NCBI GenBank assembly: GCA_903860135.1
Contig: CAIOPG010000007.1
Span: 2,100-66,099, forward strand
Origin: Candidatus Omnitrophota bacterium
GTDB lineage: Bacteria > Omnitrophota > Gorgyraeia > Zapsychrales > Fredricksoniimonadaceae
Length of the DNA stretch: 64,000 nucleotides
Direction: 5' to 3'
The position numbers and the translations under genes were made by a program. Positions 8,348-17,836 of this stretch are shown one piece after another. The first letter of the stretch is position 1. Every line of letters begins with the position of its first letter. The notes below the pieces were generated by a model. It was not told the origin of the DNA, searched no databases, and saw nothing but the letters and a program-made list of their open reading frames with translations.

Positions 8348-9786
8348 TGCTGCCCGTTGTTGACGGGGTTCTTTTCCTGAGCCTTGTGTTGGCTCCCCTG
8401 CTTTACGGTTCGGTGCATTTCCTGGCACTGCTTTTGCTGGCGTTGTTTTCCCTCATTGCATTTAATTTGATATATTTGGCACGGCCATGGTCGCTGGGCA
8501 GGGTCTTTGGCTCGCCATGGGTATGGCTGGGATTATTCCTGACGGGGTTCGCCGGTCTTCAGCTTCTTCCCTTGTCGCCGGACATTATCAAGAAATTCTC
8601 TCCCGCGCTCTATGTTTTTTACGCCCGGTATTGCCCTGATGTTTTGCTTGGTCCTGTGGCATCTTCAGTTTATGCCTCAGACACCGTGCGCGGCATCATC
8701 CAGTTTTTGATGTACGGCCTTTTTTTTATGAGTATCCTAATGCGCCTTCAACCTGATCCTGCGCACGAAGAAAATGTGCATTCAGTCAGCTGGCAGAAGT
8801 CGGAATACTTAAAGCTGGGTTGTTTGACCGGCGTCCTGTCGCTCTTATTCCACAGCATTTACGATTTTAATCTGCACATACCTGCTAACGGCCTTTACTT
8901 TACGGTCCTGCTGGCGCTCGGCGTCGGAGCGGCAGGGCAGGCGTATGACCATGCCTTCTTCAGGCGCATGGTGGAATTTATTATCATCTTCGGTTTTATG
9001 GTCGCGCTTTTTGCCATCGTCCAGAAGTTCAGTTATAACGGCCGTATTTACTGGATCGGCATGAAGAATGGCGGGCATCCCGTTGGCCCTTATTGCAATT
9101 ATGATCATTATGCCGGGTTCATGGAACTTTGCTCTGCCGTTGCGGTGGGTATGGCTGTGGCCGGTGTTTTTCACACATCTTTTTTTCGCCGCAAGGGCTT
9201 TATTGAGAAGGTTGTTTGGTTGGCAACAGCTGAAGCCAACAGGACGCTCCGTTATTTATTCATGGCCGTGGTGATGGCGGCTACCATATTCATGTCAACT
9301 TCGCGCGGGGGGATTATGAGTTTTGTGCTCGGTCAGATCATCTTTTTTGCCACTGTGACGTGGGCTGCAGGCCGGGCGCGCAAAGGCCACCGGCTCGTCG
9401 GGATACTGACTACCGTTGCATTGCTTATCGGCGTCATGGTGATCTGGCTTGGCCCTGAGGCATTTCTTAAACGCTTTCGCCTGACTTCCATAGAGAAGAT
9501 CGTCAAGATGGAAGGATCGGATGCTGACCGTATACGTTTTTATGTCGGCGCAACCCATGTGATCAAGGATTTTCCGGTCACTGGAACGGGGCTTAGCACT
9601 TTTGGTACGAATTTTACCCGTTACCGCTGGTTTGATTTTCGTGGGCGCATGGATTATCTGCGCTACACCCACAATGATTATCTTCAGCTTGTTTCCGAGA
9701 CGGGGGCGGGCGGGATGATCTTTCTTTTTGGGTTCATGATCTTTTATACAGGTGCGTATATCCGTGTGGCGAGGAAGCTCGCATGA
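8347..9786 (+). CDS. O-antigen ligase/Wzy_C-family membrane protein with rearranged helix order
   Basis: GPYCNYDHYAGFME, STSRGG, DFPVTGTG and THNDYLQLVSETG motifs. HSIYDFNLHIPAN occurs unusually early (aa ~169-181). Confidence 0.8.
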   Translation: MLPVVDGVLFLSLVLAPLLYGSVHFLALLLLALFSLIAFNLIYLARPWSLGRVFGSPWVWLGLFLTGFAGLQLLPLSPDIIKKFSPALYVFYARYCPDVLLGPVASSVYASDTVRGIIQFLMYGLFFMSILMRLQPDPAHEENVHSVSWQKSEYLKLGCLTGVLSLLFHSIYDFNLHIPANGLYFTVLLALGVGAAGQAYDHAFFRRMVEFIIIFGFMVALFAIVQKFSYNGRIYWIGMKNGGHPVGPYCNYDHYAGFMELCSAVAVGMAVAGVFHTSFFRRKGFIEKVVWLATAEANRTLRYLFMAVVMAATIFMSTSRGGIMSFVLGQIIFFATVTWAAGRARKGHRLVGILTTVALLIGVMVIWLGPEAFLKRFRLTSIEKIVKMEGSDADRIRFYVGATHVIKDFPVTGTGLSTFGTNFTRYRWFDFRGRMDYLRYTHNDYLQLVSETGAGGMIFLFGFMIFYTGAYIRVARKLA

Positions 9787-10496
9787 GGACTTTTGTCATG
9801 GGCGATATCCACGGGGCCTACAAGGCGCTCGAGCAGTGCCTGGCGCGCGCGCCCTTTGATCCTGCGCTCGACCGACTGATCGTGCTCGGCGATGTTTGCG
9901 ATGTTTATCCGCAGGTGAACGCCTGCATCGACACATTGCTGTCGTTGAAGCACTGTGATTTTATCATCGGCAACCATGATCTGTGGGCGCTGGACTGGGC
10001 GATGACCGGCCGCAAACCAGCGATGTGGCTTGAGCAGGGCGGGGCAGAAACCATGGCTTCTTATGGCGGCGCGGCGATGCCACAGGCCCATATTGATTTC
10101 CTGAACAGGGGCTTGCCCTGGCTTGAGGTGGCAGGGCGGGTGTTTGTGCATGCCGGCTTTGACCCTGACCGGCCTTTAAAAGAGCAGGGCCTTCGGCGCC
10201 TGGCGTGGGACCGCGCGCTGTTGAGCATCGCCGTGATGCGCCGCGGCACCGGGCCTATAGGCTGTTACAGGGAAATTTTCCTGGGCCATACGCCGACCAT
10301 GCGTTTTGGCAGTACCGTTCCGTTTCAGGCGTGCAATGTATGGGCCATGGACACAGGCGCGGGCTGGTCGGGAAAGCTCTCCATCATGGATGTGGAAAGC
10401 AAAGAATTCTGGCAGTCCGACACGACACCCGGGCTGTATGGTGTGGCTGGCCGTGGCGACGGGCGTCGTCCCGGACCAGGCGAAGGGGCAAATTAA
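9783..10496 (+). CDS. PPP/calcineurin-like metallophosphoesterase (PrpA/lambda-phosphatase-like)
   Basis: GDIHG, GDVCD, GNHD, VHAG, GHTP and DTG motifs. Confidence 0.88.
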   Translation: MRTFVMGDIHGAYKALEQCLARAPFDPALDRLIVLGDVCDVYPQVNACIDTLLSLKHCDFIIGNHDLWALDWAMTGRKPAMWLEQGGAETMASYGGAAMPQAHIDFLNRGLPWLEVAGRVFVHAGFDPDRPLKEQGLRRLAWDRALLSIAVMRRGTGPIGCYREIFLGHTPTMRFGSTVPFQACNVWAMDTGAGWSGKLSIMDVESKEFWQSDTTPGLYGVAGRGDGRRPGPGEGAN

Positions 10497-10497
10497 T

Positions 10498-10899
10498 ATG
10501 CGCAGCCTTGTTATTGTCTTTAGTCTTTTATTCGCCGCCCTTCTTTTGTGCACAGGGGCGGGCGAGTTCTTTTTTCTTAAAGGCCAGGCGGACAAGAACG
10601 CCGGGTTCATCAAACAGGCCCAGCAGTTAAACCCGCTGGTGTCGGATTATTTTTATGAGGAATACCGCCTTACGGGCCATATCAACGCCCTTCACCAGGC
10701 TATTCGCCTTGAGCCAACAAAGCCGCAGTATCATATGTATTACGGCCTTGCCGTTCTCAAGCCGTTGCCGCGCACGCGTGCCGGCGATCAGCTGGCTGTC
10801 ACCGAAATATGCCTGGCCGCGGCCCTGAAGCCGTACAGCAAGGCCTATGCCCAAGCCTGCGCCCGGTACAGCACCGCGATCGCATCAGCGGTGCCATGA
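10498..10899 (+). CDS. Small membrane-anchored TPR-like protein
   Basis: ATG 2 nt after the previous stop (the upstream part of track ORF 10306 overlaps the phosphatase). N-terminal TM, then TPR-like repeats AQQLNP, AIRLEP, AAALKP. Confidence 0.6.
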   Translation: MRSLVIVFSLLFAALLLCTGAGEFFFLKGQADKNAGFIKQAQQLNPLVSDYFYEEYRLTGHINALHQAIRLEPTKPQYHMYYGLAVLKPLPRTRAGDQLAVTEICLAAALKPYSKAYAQACARYSTAIASAVP

Positions 10900-10963
10900 C
10901 ACGTCGGGATAGATGAACATTGAAATGTTGTAATTATAACTTAAATTGTTGAGGCGTAGTGAG

Positions 10964-12535
10964 ATGAGGAGACCTGACACTATTATTTCTGACACTATTA
11001 TTTCTGACACTATTATTTCTCAAAACTTTAAAAAACAACTTCCCATCAACCTTATCTCCAACGTCGGGTATTTTGCCCTGAACGTGGTGATCGGGATATG
11101 GATGGTGCCGTTTCTGATCCGGCATCTGGGTGTTGAAGGTTACGGGTTCATTCCGTTAGCTTCATCAGTTACGTCTTATGTGAGCTTAATTACTCTTGCG
11201 CTGAATGGCGCTGTGTCTCGATATCTTGTCATAGCATTGCAAAAAAATGATGTCGAAGGGGCGAATAAAATATTTAATACTGCATTCTGGGCACTTGCGT
11301 TTCTTTCAGTTATTTTGGTTCCTTTAGTCGGGGTATTTTCTTGGTTTGTTCCAAGAATATTTCATGTGCCAGTACACCTTGTTTTTCAGGTGCAGGGACT
11401 TTTTTTCATGATATTACTGTCTTTTGTTATTTCTGTTTTCTCTTCGATATTTTATGTTTCGACTTTTGCTAATAATCGTCTTGATTTACGTAATTTGATC
11501 GACATGAGCAGTCTTTCTGTTAGAGCAATACTTATTATTATATCTATTACTTTTGTATCGACAAGTTTGACTAATGTCGGAGTGGCATATTTTTCTGGTG
11601 CATTGATAGCGCTACTCCTTGGGCATGCCTTTTTTAGGAAATTAACACCATCTTTAAAGATTTCACGGAAATTCTTTGATCTCTCGAAGTTGCGGGAGCT
11701 CACGTCTATGGGGGGATGGCTTGTTGTTGGTCAAACGGGCACATTGTTTTTCTTGCAGATTGATCTTATTCTTTGCAATATTTTATTTAGTGCCCATGAT
11801 ACGGGTGTTTACGCGGCGCTTATTCAATGGAATTTCTTGTTAAGAAGTATGGCGGGTGTGGTGGCTGCTGTTTTAGCTCCGGTAGTGACCATAAGTTATG
11901 CATTGAATCAAAAAGAGCGGATTGTTCGAATGTCTCAATGTGCGGTGAAATATATGGGGTTAGGCGTCGCCTTGCCTGTTGGCTTTTTGTTCGGGTTTGC
12001 TGATAGTATTTTACGTGTTTGGTTAGGGCTGGACTTTGTTCAGTATGCTCCTTTATTAAGATTGATGACTTTTTATTTAACGATTAATCTTGCCGTTTTG
12101 CCTTTGTTTGGTCTGAGTGCGGCGTATAATAAAGTTAAGTGGCCTGGGATTGTTACTTTTTTAAGCGGTATTATAAATATCTTTGTAGCGGTTTTCTTGG
12201 CTAAGTTTCTTGGCTGGGGCTTGTACGGCATTGCTTCAGCTGGATTTATTGTTTTAACATTTAAGAATGTGATATTTGCGCCATTATACTTTGCGCATGT
12301 TTTAAACATTTCAAAGCTTTCTTTCTTTAGGCCGCTTATAACGAGTTGCGTGGCAGTTGCTGTTGTTTCTGGGGTGGCTTATACGTTATCGAGATTTGTT
12401 GTATTGGAGAATTTTGGGGCTGTTCTCATGGCAGGATTAGGCATTTCAATTGTTTATCTAATTTTTGTTTGGTTATGTTTGTTTCAAGCAGAAGACCGGA
12501 GCTTGTTTCTGGGATTGTTTAAGAGGGGTGGGTAA
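10964..12535 (+). CDS. wzx: Wzx/MOP-superfamily oligosaccharide flippase
   Basis: About 14 TMs, LGVEGYG motif in the first loop, DLILCN..FS...GVY in the second half. Start taken at ATG 10964. Confidence 0.85.
   Translation: MRRPDTIISDTIISDTIISQNFKKQLPINLISNVGYFALNVVIGIWMVPFLIRHLGVEGYGFIPLASSVTSYVSLITLALNGAVSRYLVIALQKNDVEGANKIFNTAFWALAFLSVILVPLVGVFSWFVPRIFHVPVHLVFQVQGLFFMILLSFVISVFSSIFYVSTFANNRLDLRNLIDMSSLSVRAILIIISITFVSTSLTNVGVAYFSGALIALLLGHAFFRKLTPSLKISRKFFDLSKLRELTSMGGWLVVGQTGTLFFLQIDLILCNILFSAHDTGVYAALIQWNFLLRSMAGVVAAVLAPVVTISYALNQKERIVRMSQCAVKYMGLGVALPVGFLFGFADSILRVWLGLDFVQYAPLLRLMTFYLTINLAVLPLFGLSAAYNKVKWPGIVTFLSGIINIFVAVFLAKFLGWGLYGIASAGFIVLTFKNVIFAPLYFAHVLNISKLSFFRPLITSCVAVAVVSGVAYTLSRFVVLENFGAVLMAGLGISIVYLIFVWLCLFQAEDRSLFLGLFKRGG
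10974..11020 (+). repeat. Tandem repeat, 3 x 15 bp CTGACACTATTATTT (plus CT)
   Basis: Three exact copies, encoding (P/S)DTII x3 at the flippase N-terminus. Confidence 0.95.
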
Positions 12536-13725
12536 TGAATATAGTGAATGCTGTGTGTATTCTTTTCTTGGTGATTCTTTTTCTTTACTCTTTAAAAGAT
12601 TTATTTATAAAAATAATAAGAAAATGGAATTCTTTGCATAGATTTTCTTGGGTGGATAATGATGTGTATTTTAAAAAGGTAAGTTCTGTCGCTCAACGAT
12701 GGCTTTTGGATCCGCCAATGTTGCCGGCGTTTGATGTGGCAGTAGGGATGCCATGGAACTATATTTCTTATCGAAGGGTTTGTGAGGAGGTGCGACGTGG
12801 TTGGCCAATGGGTCTTTTGGCGAAAGGAGTTATGGTCGCTGATATTTATGCTGGTGGGCGTCTCGATGTTTTGGAAAAGTTCTATGCAAGATATTTAACA
12901 AGTGAAGGTCGTTTTCGATTTTCTTTAAAATATGTCGATGATGCTTTGCATGGGGAAGTTCTTTTGTATTTATATAAGAAGACCGGAAATCAAAAATATC
13001 GACAAGCTTCAGATGAGATCTTTTATTGGCTATTGGGGCAGTATAGGCGGTCTAAAACAACATTGCCTTATCGAGATAAGATAAGTGTAAGATTTGTCGA
13101 CACGCTGGGGATGATTATTCCATTTTTGTTTGAATACAATGCGCAGTTTGTGAATAAAGATGCTCAAGAGTTGGCGGTATTGCATATGGAGGATTTTATT
13201 TTATTCGCTGTAGAGAAAAGGTCGGGGTTGCCGTTTCACGGGTATAATGTTGAGTTTTCTAATATGCCAACAGGGCTTTTCTCCTGGGGGCGTGGGGTGG
13301 GGTGGTATGTGTTAGGTCTAGTGGAGGTTTTAACGCAATTAACTTCAAGTAATACGAAGTTCGAGTTCTTTCAGCAATCTTTTATTAAGTTAGCAAATAC
13401 GGTACGCGATTTACAAAAGAAAGATGGAGGTTGGGGTGATATCATTAATATCTCAACGAGCAAATATGATTCTAGTGCGACAGCAATGATTCTTTATGCA
13501 TTCAAGAAGGCAATGATGGCTGGAATTATTGATCCGTCGTATCAAGACATGCTTTCTCAAGGGTTCCATCGGTTGCAGGGGTCTACAACGAAGGCAGGGG
13601 TTGTTTTGGATTCGCAAGGGGTGTGTATGGGGCTTAATAAACATTCCGGAGTATTTTCTTTCACGCCTTATTCTCAAGGGATGGTTCTTGCGGCGACTTC
13701 CGTTATGATTTTTGAATTAGATTAG
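12535..13725 (+). CDS. Glycoside hydrolase family 88/105-like protein with N-terminal membrane anchor
   Basis: FVDTLGM, FHGY, WGRGVGW and DSSATAM motifs of (alpha/alpha)6 GH105/88 enzymes. Confidence 0.75.
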   Translation: MNIVNAVCILFLVILFLYSLKDLFIKIIRKWNSLHRFSWVDNDVYFKKVSSVAQRWLLDPPMLPAFDVAVGMPWNYISYRRVCEEVRRGWPMGLLAKGVMVADIYAGGRLDVLEKFYARYLTSEGRFRFSLKYVDDALHGEVLLYLYKKTGNQKYRQASDEIFYWLLGQYRRSKTTLPYRDKISVRFVDTLGMIIPFLFEYNAQFVNKDAQELAVLHMEDFILFAVEKRSGLPFHGYNVEFSNMPTGLFSWGRGVGWYVLGLVEVLTQLTSSNTKFEFFQQSFIKLANTVRDLQKKDGGWGDIINISTSKYDSSATAMILYAFKKAMMAGIIDPSYQDMLSQGFHRLQGSTTKAGVVLDSQGVCMGLNKHSGVFSFTPYSQGMVLAATSVMIFELD

Positions 13726-13743
13726 AAAAGGACTTGGTTCCGT

Positions 13744-14955
13744 ATGGTTCAAAAGAACTTGTTTATTCTAGCCGGCAATGGTTCATACGACAATCGCGGT
13801 TGTGAAGCGATTGTAAGGGGAACAACGGAGATCATCAGGCAACACTTTGATGTGCCGGAGTTTCTGTCGATTAGTAATTTTCAGAATGAGGATCAATTTA
13901 AGGCTCAAGTTAAGCATGAATGTGATGGCGCGATAGCACATGCAAGAACGTTTCGTAGTAATAGGCGGTTTTCGCCAGGCTGGTTCTTGTATGCGGCATT
14001 GCGGTTTTCTATGCGGCGTCTTCGTGTTGAGCTTATTTACCGTGAAATGTTGCATGTGCTTAAAGAATCGAGAGCTGTTCTTTCTATTGGAGGGGATAAT
14101 TATTCGTTAGATTATGGCAAGCCATTATTGTATACGACGCTGGATGATTTGGTTTTAAGGCGAAAGAAGCCGATTATTATTTGGGGTGCTTCTGTAGGGC
14201 CGTTTGATGGAATTCCTGGTTATGAAAAGTATATGAGCAAGCATCTTAAAAGAGTGACAGGTATATTTGTACGTGAAACGGCAACTTTAGAGTATCTGGC
14301 ATCAATAGGGGTGAAGGAAAACGTAACGCTTGTCGCGGATCCGGCATTTTTACTCAAGATTGCTCAGCCAGCCATCGTTCCGGATATTAAGGCAGAGTCT
14401 ATTGGTATAAATTTAAGTCCTTTCATGGCCAAATATTTGACCGATGGCGATCTTTCTTGTTGGGTTAAGTTATCTGCACAGATTGTTCGTGAGGTGTCTG
14501 AAGCGACTGGACGTAAGATTTATTTGATCCCGCATGTTACAAGTCCGCATACTAATGATTATACTTTTCTGAAGAATGTGTTGGGTTTATTGGATGATGT
14601 TGATGTTGCTCTGATTGATGATAAGTATAGCGCGGCTGAGATTAAGTGGATTATTAGCAAGATGGCAGTCTTTGCCGGAGCTAGGACGCACGCGACGATC
14701 GCGGCTATTTCCACATGTGTGCCAACGTTGAGTTTTGTTTACAGCATTAAAGCTAGAGGGATTAACCGGGATGTTTTTGGGCATGAAAGATTTTGTATCT
14801 TAAAAAAAGCTTGTCGACCAAAACTTGTAGCTGAAAAAGTGCAAGAAACATTGGCGGAGGCTGATGGAATTCGAGAACAACTTAAATCTATTGTTCCTGA
14901 GTTTCAGAAGAAAGCTTTATCAGCGGGACAGAAATTATTAGAGGTCTGTGTTTAA
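13744..14955 (+). CDS. Polysaccharide pyruvyl transferase (WcaK-like)
   Basis: NRGCEAI, IGGDNY, GASVGPF, VRE, ADPAF and GARTHATIAA motifs. Confidence 0.88.
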   Translation: MVQKNLFILAGNGSYDNRGCEAIVRGTTEIIRQHFDVPEFLSISNFQNEDQFKAQVKHECDGAIAHARTFRSNRRFSPGWFLYAALRFSMRRLRVELIYREMLHVLKESRAVLSIGGDNYSLDYGKPLLYTTLDDLVLRRKKPIIIWGASVGPFDGIPGYEKYMSKHLKRVTGIFVRETATLEYLASIGVKENVTLVADPAFLLKIAQPAIVPDIKAESIGINLSPFMAKYLTDGDLSCWVKLSAQIVREVSEATGRKIYLIPHVTSPHTNDYTFLKNVLGLLDDVDVALIDDKYSAAEIKWIISKMAVFAGARTHATIAAISTCVPTLSFVYSIKARGINRDVFGHERFCILKKACRPKLVAEKVQETLAEADGIREQLKSIVPEFQKKALSAGQKLLEVCV

Positions 14956-14956
14956 T

Positions 14957-15895
14957 ATGCCTAAAGTTTCCATTGTTATTCCGTTATACAACAAAGAGAA
15001 ATATATTGCCCGGGCGATTAATTCTATCTTGGCTCAGACGCTATCGGATTGCGAAATTGTTGTAGTTGATGATGGGTCAACGGATAAAAGTGCTGATATT
15101 GTTAGGTCTTTTGACGACTCTCGTATTCATTTGATTCAGCAGGCTAATGCGGGTGTTTCAGTAGCAAGAAATAAGGGGATCAAAGAATCAAAAGCAGAAC
15201 TTGTCGCGTTTTTGGACGCGGATGATGAATGGATGCCTCAGTTCCTCCAAGAGATGGTTGTGTTTATTTCAAAAAAACCTGTAGGGCTTGTTTTATCGAA
15301 CTATTTGAATGGTGCAACAGGGAAGCCGTTCTTCCCAACGGAAAAACGTTGGGAAGGGATTATCCCAGACTATTTTAAACAAGTATTGCGATGGAATAAA
15401 GACATCGCTTTTTCATCTGCCCTCCTTGTGAGGCGGTCGTGTTTTCAGAAGACGGGAATATTCCCTGTGGGTGTCGCTTATGGGGAAGATGTGGATATGT
15501 GGAATCGTATTGCCTGGGTTACGCTGGTGGGATATATTCCTGAGCCATTAGCGATATATCACAACACTACTGAAGGGGCGTGCCATGCTTTTTCTCGTTT
15601 GGGACCACCGTATCCTGTTTTCTTAAAGACATTCAAGTCCTGGAAGAAAGAAAAGTTGATTTCTGCCAGCTTGTTGCGTAGTAGCGAAGAGTATGCGAAT
15701 TGGACGCTTTTATATTACGTTAGACGCCTCATAGGGGCGAAGAGAAAGATCGAAGCTTTTAAAGTTTTTTGTTTCGAATGTTCGTTTTCTTTGGCAACCG
15801 GCCATCTTTATGTAAAAATATTTTGTTTGTTTCTTGTGCCAGATTCGTTATTGTTTTTCTATAGAAAGATTCTAAAATTCTTTTTTAAAAGTTAA
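14957..15895 (+). CDS. Glycosyltransferase family 2
   Basis: VSIVIPLYN, VDDGSTD, FLDADD and GED motifs. Confidence 0.92.
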   Translation: MPKVSIVIPLYNKEKYIARAINSILAQTLSDCEIVVVDDGSTDKSADIVRSFDDSRIHLIQQANAGVSVARNKGIKESKAELVAFLDADDEWMPQFLQEMVVFISKKPVGLVLSNYLNGATGKPFFPTEKRWEGIIPDYFKQVLRWNKDIAFSSALLVRRSCFQKTGIFPVGVAYGEDVDMWNRIAWVTLVGYIPEPLAIYHNTTEGACHAFSRLGPPYPVFLKTFKSWKKEKLISASLLRSSEEYANWTLLYYVRRLIGAKRKIEAFKVFCFECSFSLATGHLYVKIFCLFLVPDSLLFFYRKILKFFFKS

Positions 15896-15921
15896 TAAAG
15901 TTGTTAAGAAAGCGATTGTTA

Positions 15922-16539
15922 ATGAAAAAGAAAAAAATTATTGCTCATTTGATCAGTATGTTCCCGTCGAACTGTGTGCGTGTTATTCTTTATAGATTGA
16001 TCATGAAATATGAAATTTCGGATTCTTATATAGGGTTTGGCACCGTTATAGCTGTTGATAAGGCGATCATTAAGAATAGTTCTGTTGGGAGATCAAATTG
16101 TTTCTATGGCCCGATGAGCGTGATGATCAAAGATGGTTGCTGTATAGGCAATCACAATCAATTTATGTGCGGCAGCTGGGTTGAGGAGCGGTCATTTTCC
16201 GATCAAAAGTATGCTCGCTTGCTAGAGATCAATGAGAAGGTCTTAATAACATCTGATCACTATTTTGATGTTGCTGGAAATATCTCTATTGGTCAAGGGA
16301 CCTGGGTTGCGGGGAGGGGGTCTCAATTTTGGACGCACGGCGTCGGTGTTTCCGATCGTGATATTCATATAGGAGAATCGTGTTATTTGGGAAGTGCGGT
16401 GAGATTTGCCCCAGGCGTTTTGATAGGAAATAAAACTTTGGTCGCACTGGGGAGTGTTGTGACAAAGAAATTCGGTGTTAATAATGTATTATTGGGCGGG
16501 GTGCCAGCAACTATTTTGAAAGAGAATTATATCTGGTAA
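15922..16539 (+). CDS. Left-handed beta-helix O-acyltransferase
   Basis: Hexapeptide repeats, WTH, and C-terminal GSVVTK...GGVPA. Confidence 0.8.
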   Translation: MKKKKIIAHLISMFPSNCVRVILYRLIMKYEISDSYIGFGTVIAVDKAIIKNSSVGRSNCFYGPMSVMIKDGCCIGNHNQFMCGSWVEERSFSDQKYARLLEINEKVLITSDHYFDVAGNISIGQGTWVAGRGSQFWTHGVGVSDRDIHIGESCYLGSAVRFAPGVLIGNKTLVALGSVVTKKFGVNNVLLGGVPATILKENYIW

Positions 16540-16564
16540 GATTTGGAAGGAATTCCGAGGCAAT

Positions 16565-17836
16565 ATGTTATTAAGATTTTCGTTCGACAGGGTTAAATAT
16601 CTTAAGTTCTGTGCTTTTTGCTGGGGGTTGTCACTTGGCTTGCCAAGCACTTCCATCCCTCTTTCTAATATTTTCGGGATTACGTTGGCGCACTTCTTGA
16701 TGTTTGCGACACTAACAGCTGTATTATCAAGATTAAGAAGTTTTCATCTTTTATGTTGGATGGCACTTGTTTCTCCGGCATTAATTTCCACATTGTTCAT
16801 CCCGACTATTGATGCGGGATTAACGCTAAAGTATCTTGGAGATTTGGTTATTGCTACCTTGCCGCTTTTGTTTACAATGGTTTTGGCATTGTCGTTTGGA
16901 TTGGAGATATTGAAAGGTTCAGCTGTTATTATTCTTGTAAATGTTGCATTTGGTTTTTACCAGATGTTATGTGGGGTTTTGGGGCGTACGTTTGATTTGG
17001 GTTTCTTATATAATTATCCACAGTATAACTTTACAGCAAACGGGTTACAAGCAATGTGTGATACGTTCCGGCCTTTCGGGTTGTTCCCGGAGCCTTCGGC
17101 GACGAACGCAGCACTTTCTCCGTGGATATTGTTATTGCTTGCGCTTGGATTTGGGCTCATAAAATTCAAACAGTCCCTTGTTGATGAAGAATGCCTTAGG
17201 ATGTTTAAGGTTGCGGGTCTTTTGGGGGTTCTTTTGGTCTTTTTTTCAAAGTCGGGGCATACGATTTTTCTTTTGTTTGGGTTGTCGGGCATCTTTATTT
17301 TATTAGTGAAGAAATATGTTAGACAAAGGCGATGGAGTCTTTTAACTCTGACATTGGCCGTTATTCCTTTGATTGTTGTCGTTGGACTTTACTTGACATC
17401 CCAAAGAATAGAGTCTCAATTTGATCCTGCAGGTGTTGGGAATAATTCCTGGTCGAAGCGTTTTAATGCGATCATGGATAGTGTTGATATTTGGCTTAAT
17501 TATGGCTTCTTAAGGATATTCTTCGGTTGCGGGGGAGACGCGGCGCGGATCGTTTTTGCAGAGAAGGGAAGTGATGCGATATGGAGCGTATTGATGACAC
17601 ACGTCGTTAATACTGGGATTTGTGGACTCTTATTTATTCTAGGGGTCTTTGTCGCCGGACTTAATGCTATAAAAAGATCCGGGGTTGTTCTTGTTGGATT
17701 TGTTTTCTTCTCGGTGTGGTTGTTAGGCATCACATTTACAACCTGTTATCAATCGTTAACGGCTGTTTGGGCATCTTTAGGCTGGCTTCTTGTATGGGAT
17801 AAGTGTGTGAAAAGATCGGATGAGGTTGCATGTTAA
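16565..17836 (+). CDS. wzy: Putative Wzy polymerase
   Basis: About 11 TMs, RPFGLFPEPS loop motif, SKSG, S...R motif. Sits among GT genes. Confidence 0.65.
   Translation: MLLRFSFDRVKYLKFCAFCWGLSLGLPSTSIPLSNIFGITLAHFLMFATLTAVLSRLRSFHLLCWMALVSPALISTLFIPTIDAGLTLKYLGDLVIATLPLLFTMVLALSFGLEILKGSAVIILVNVAFGFYQMLCGVLGRTFDLGFLYNYPQYNFTANGLQAMCDTFRPFGLFPEPSATNAALSPWILLLLALGFGLIKFKQSLVDEECLRMFKVAGLLGVLLVFFSKSGHTIFLLFGLSGIFILLVKKYVRQRRWSLLTLTLAVIPLIVVVGLYLTSQRIESQFDPAGVGNNSWSKRFNAIMDSVDIWLNYGFLRIFFGCGGDAARIVFAEKGSDAIWSVLMTHVVNTGICGLLFILGVFVAGLNAIKRSGVVLVGFVFFSVWLLGITFTTCYQSLTAVWASLGWLLVWDKCVKRSDEVAC

Noticed and set aside
10306-10497. N-terminal 64 codons of track ORF 10306..10899
   Set aside because: Overlaps the phosphatase in another frame. 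The plausible start is ATG 10498, which begins with a TM helix.
10951-10963. GAGGCGTAGTGAG as an ops/JUMPStart element
   Set aside because: Does not match GGCGGTAG and lacks the JUMPStart context. More simply the RBS region of wzx.
10974-11020. Possible CRISPR array
   Set aside because: Head-to-tail 15-bp repeats with no spacers, and no cas genes.
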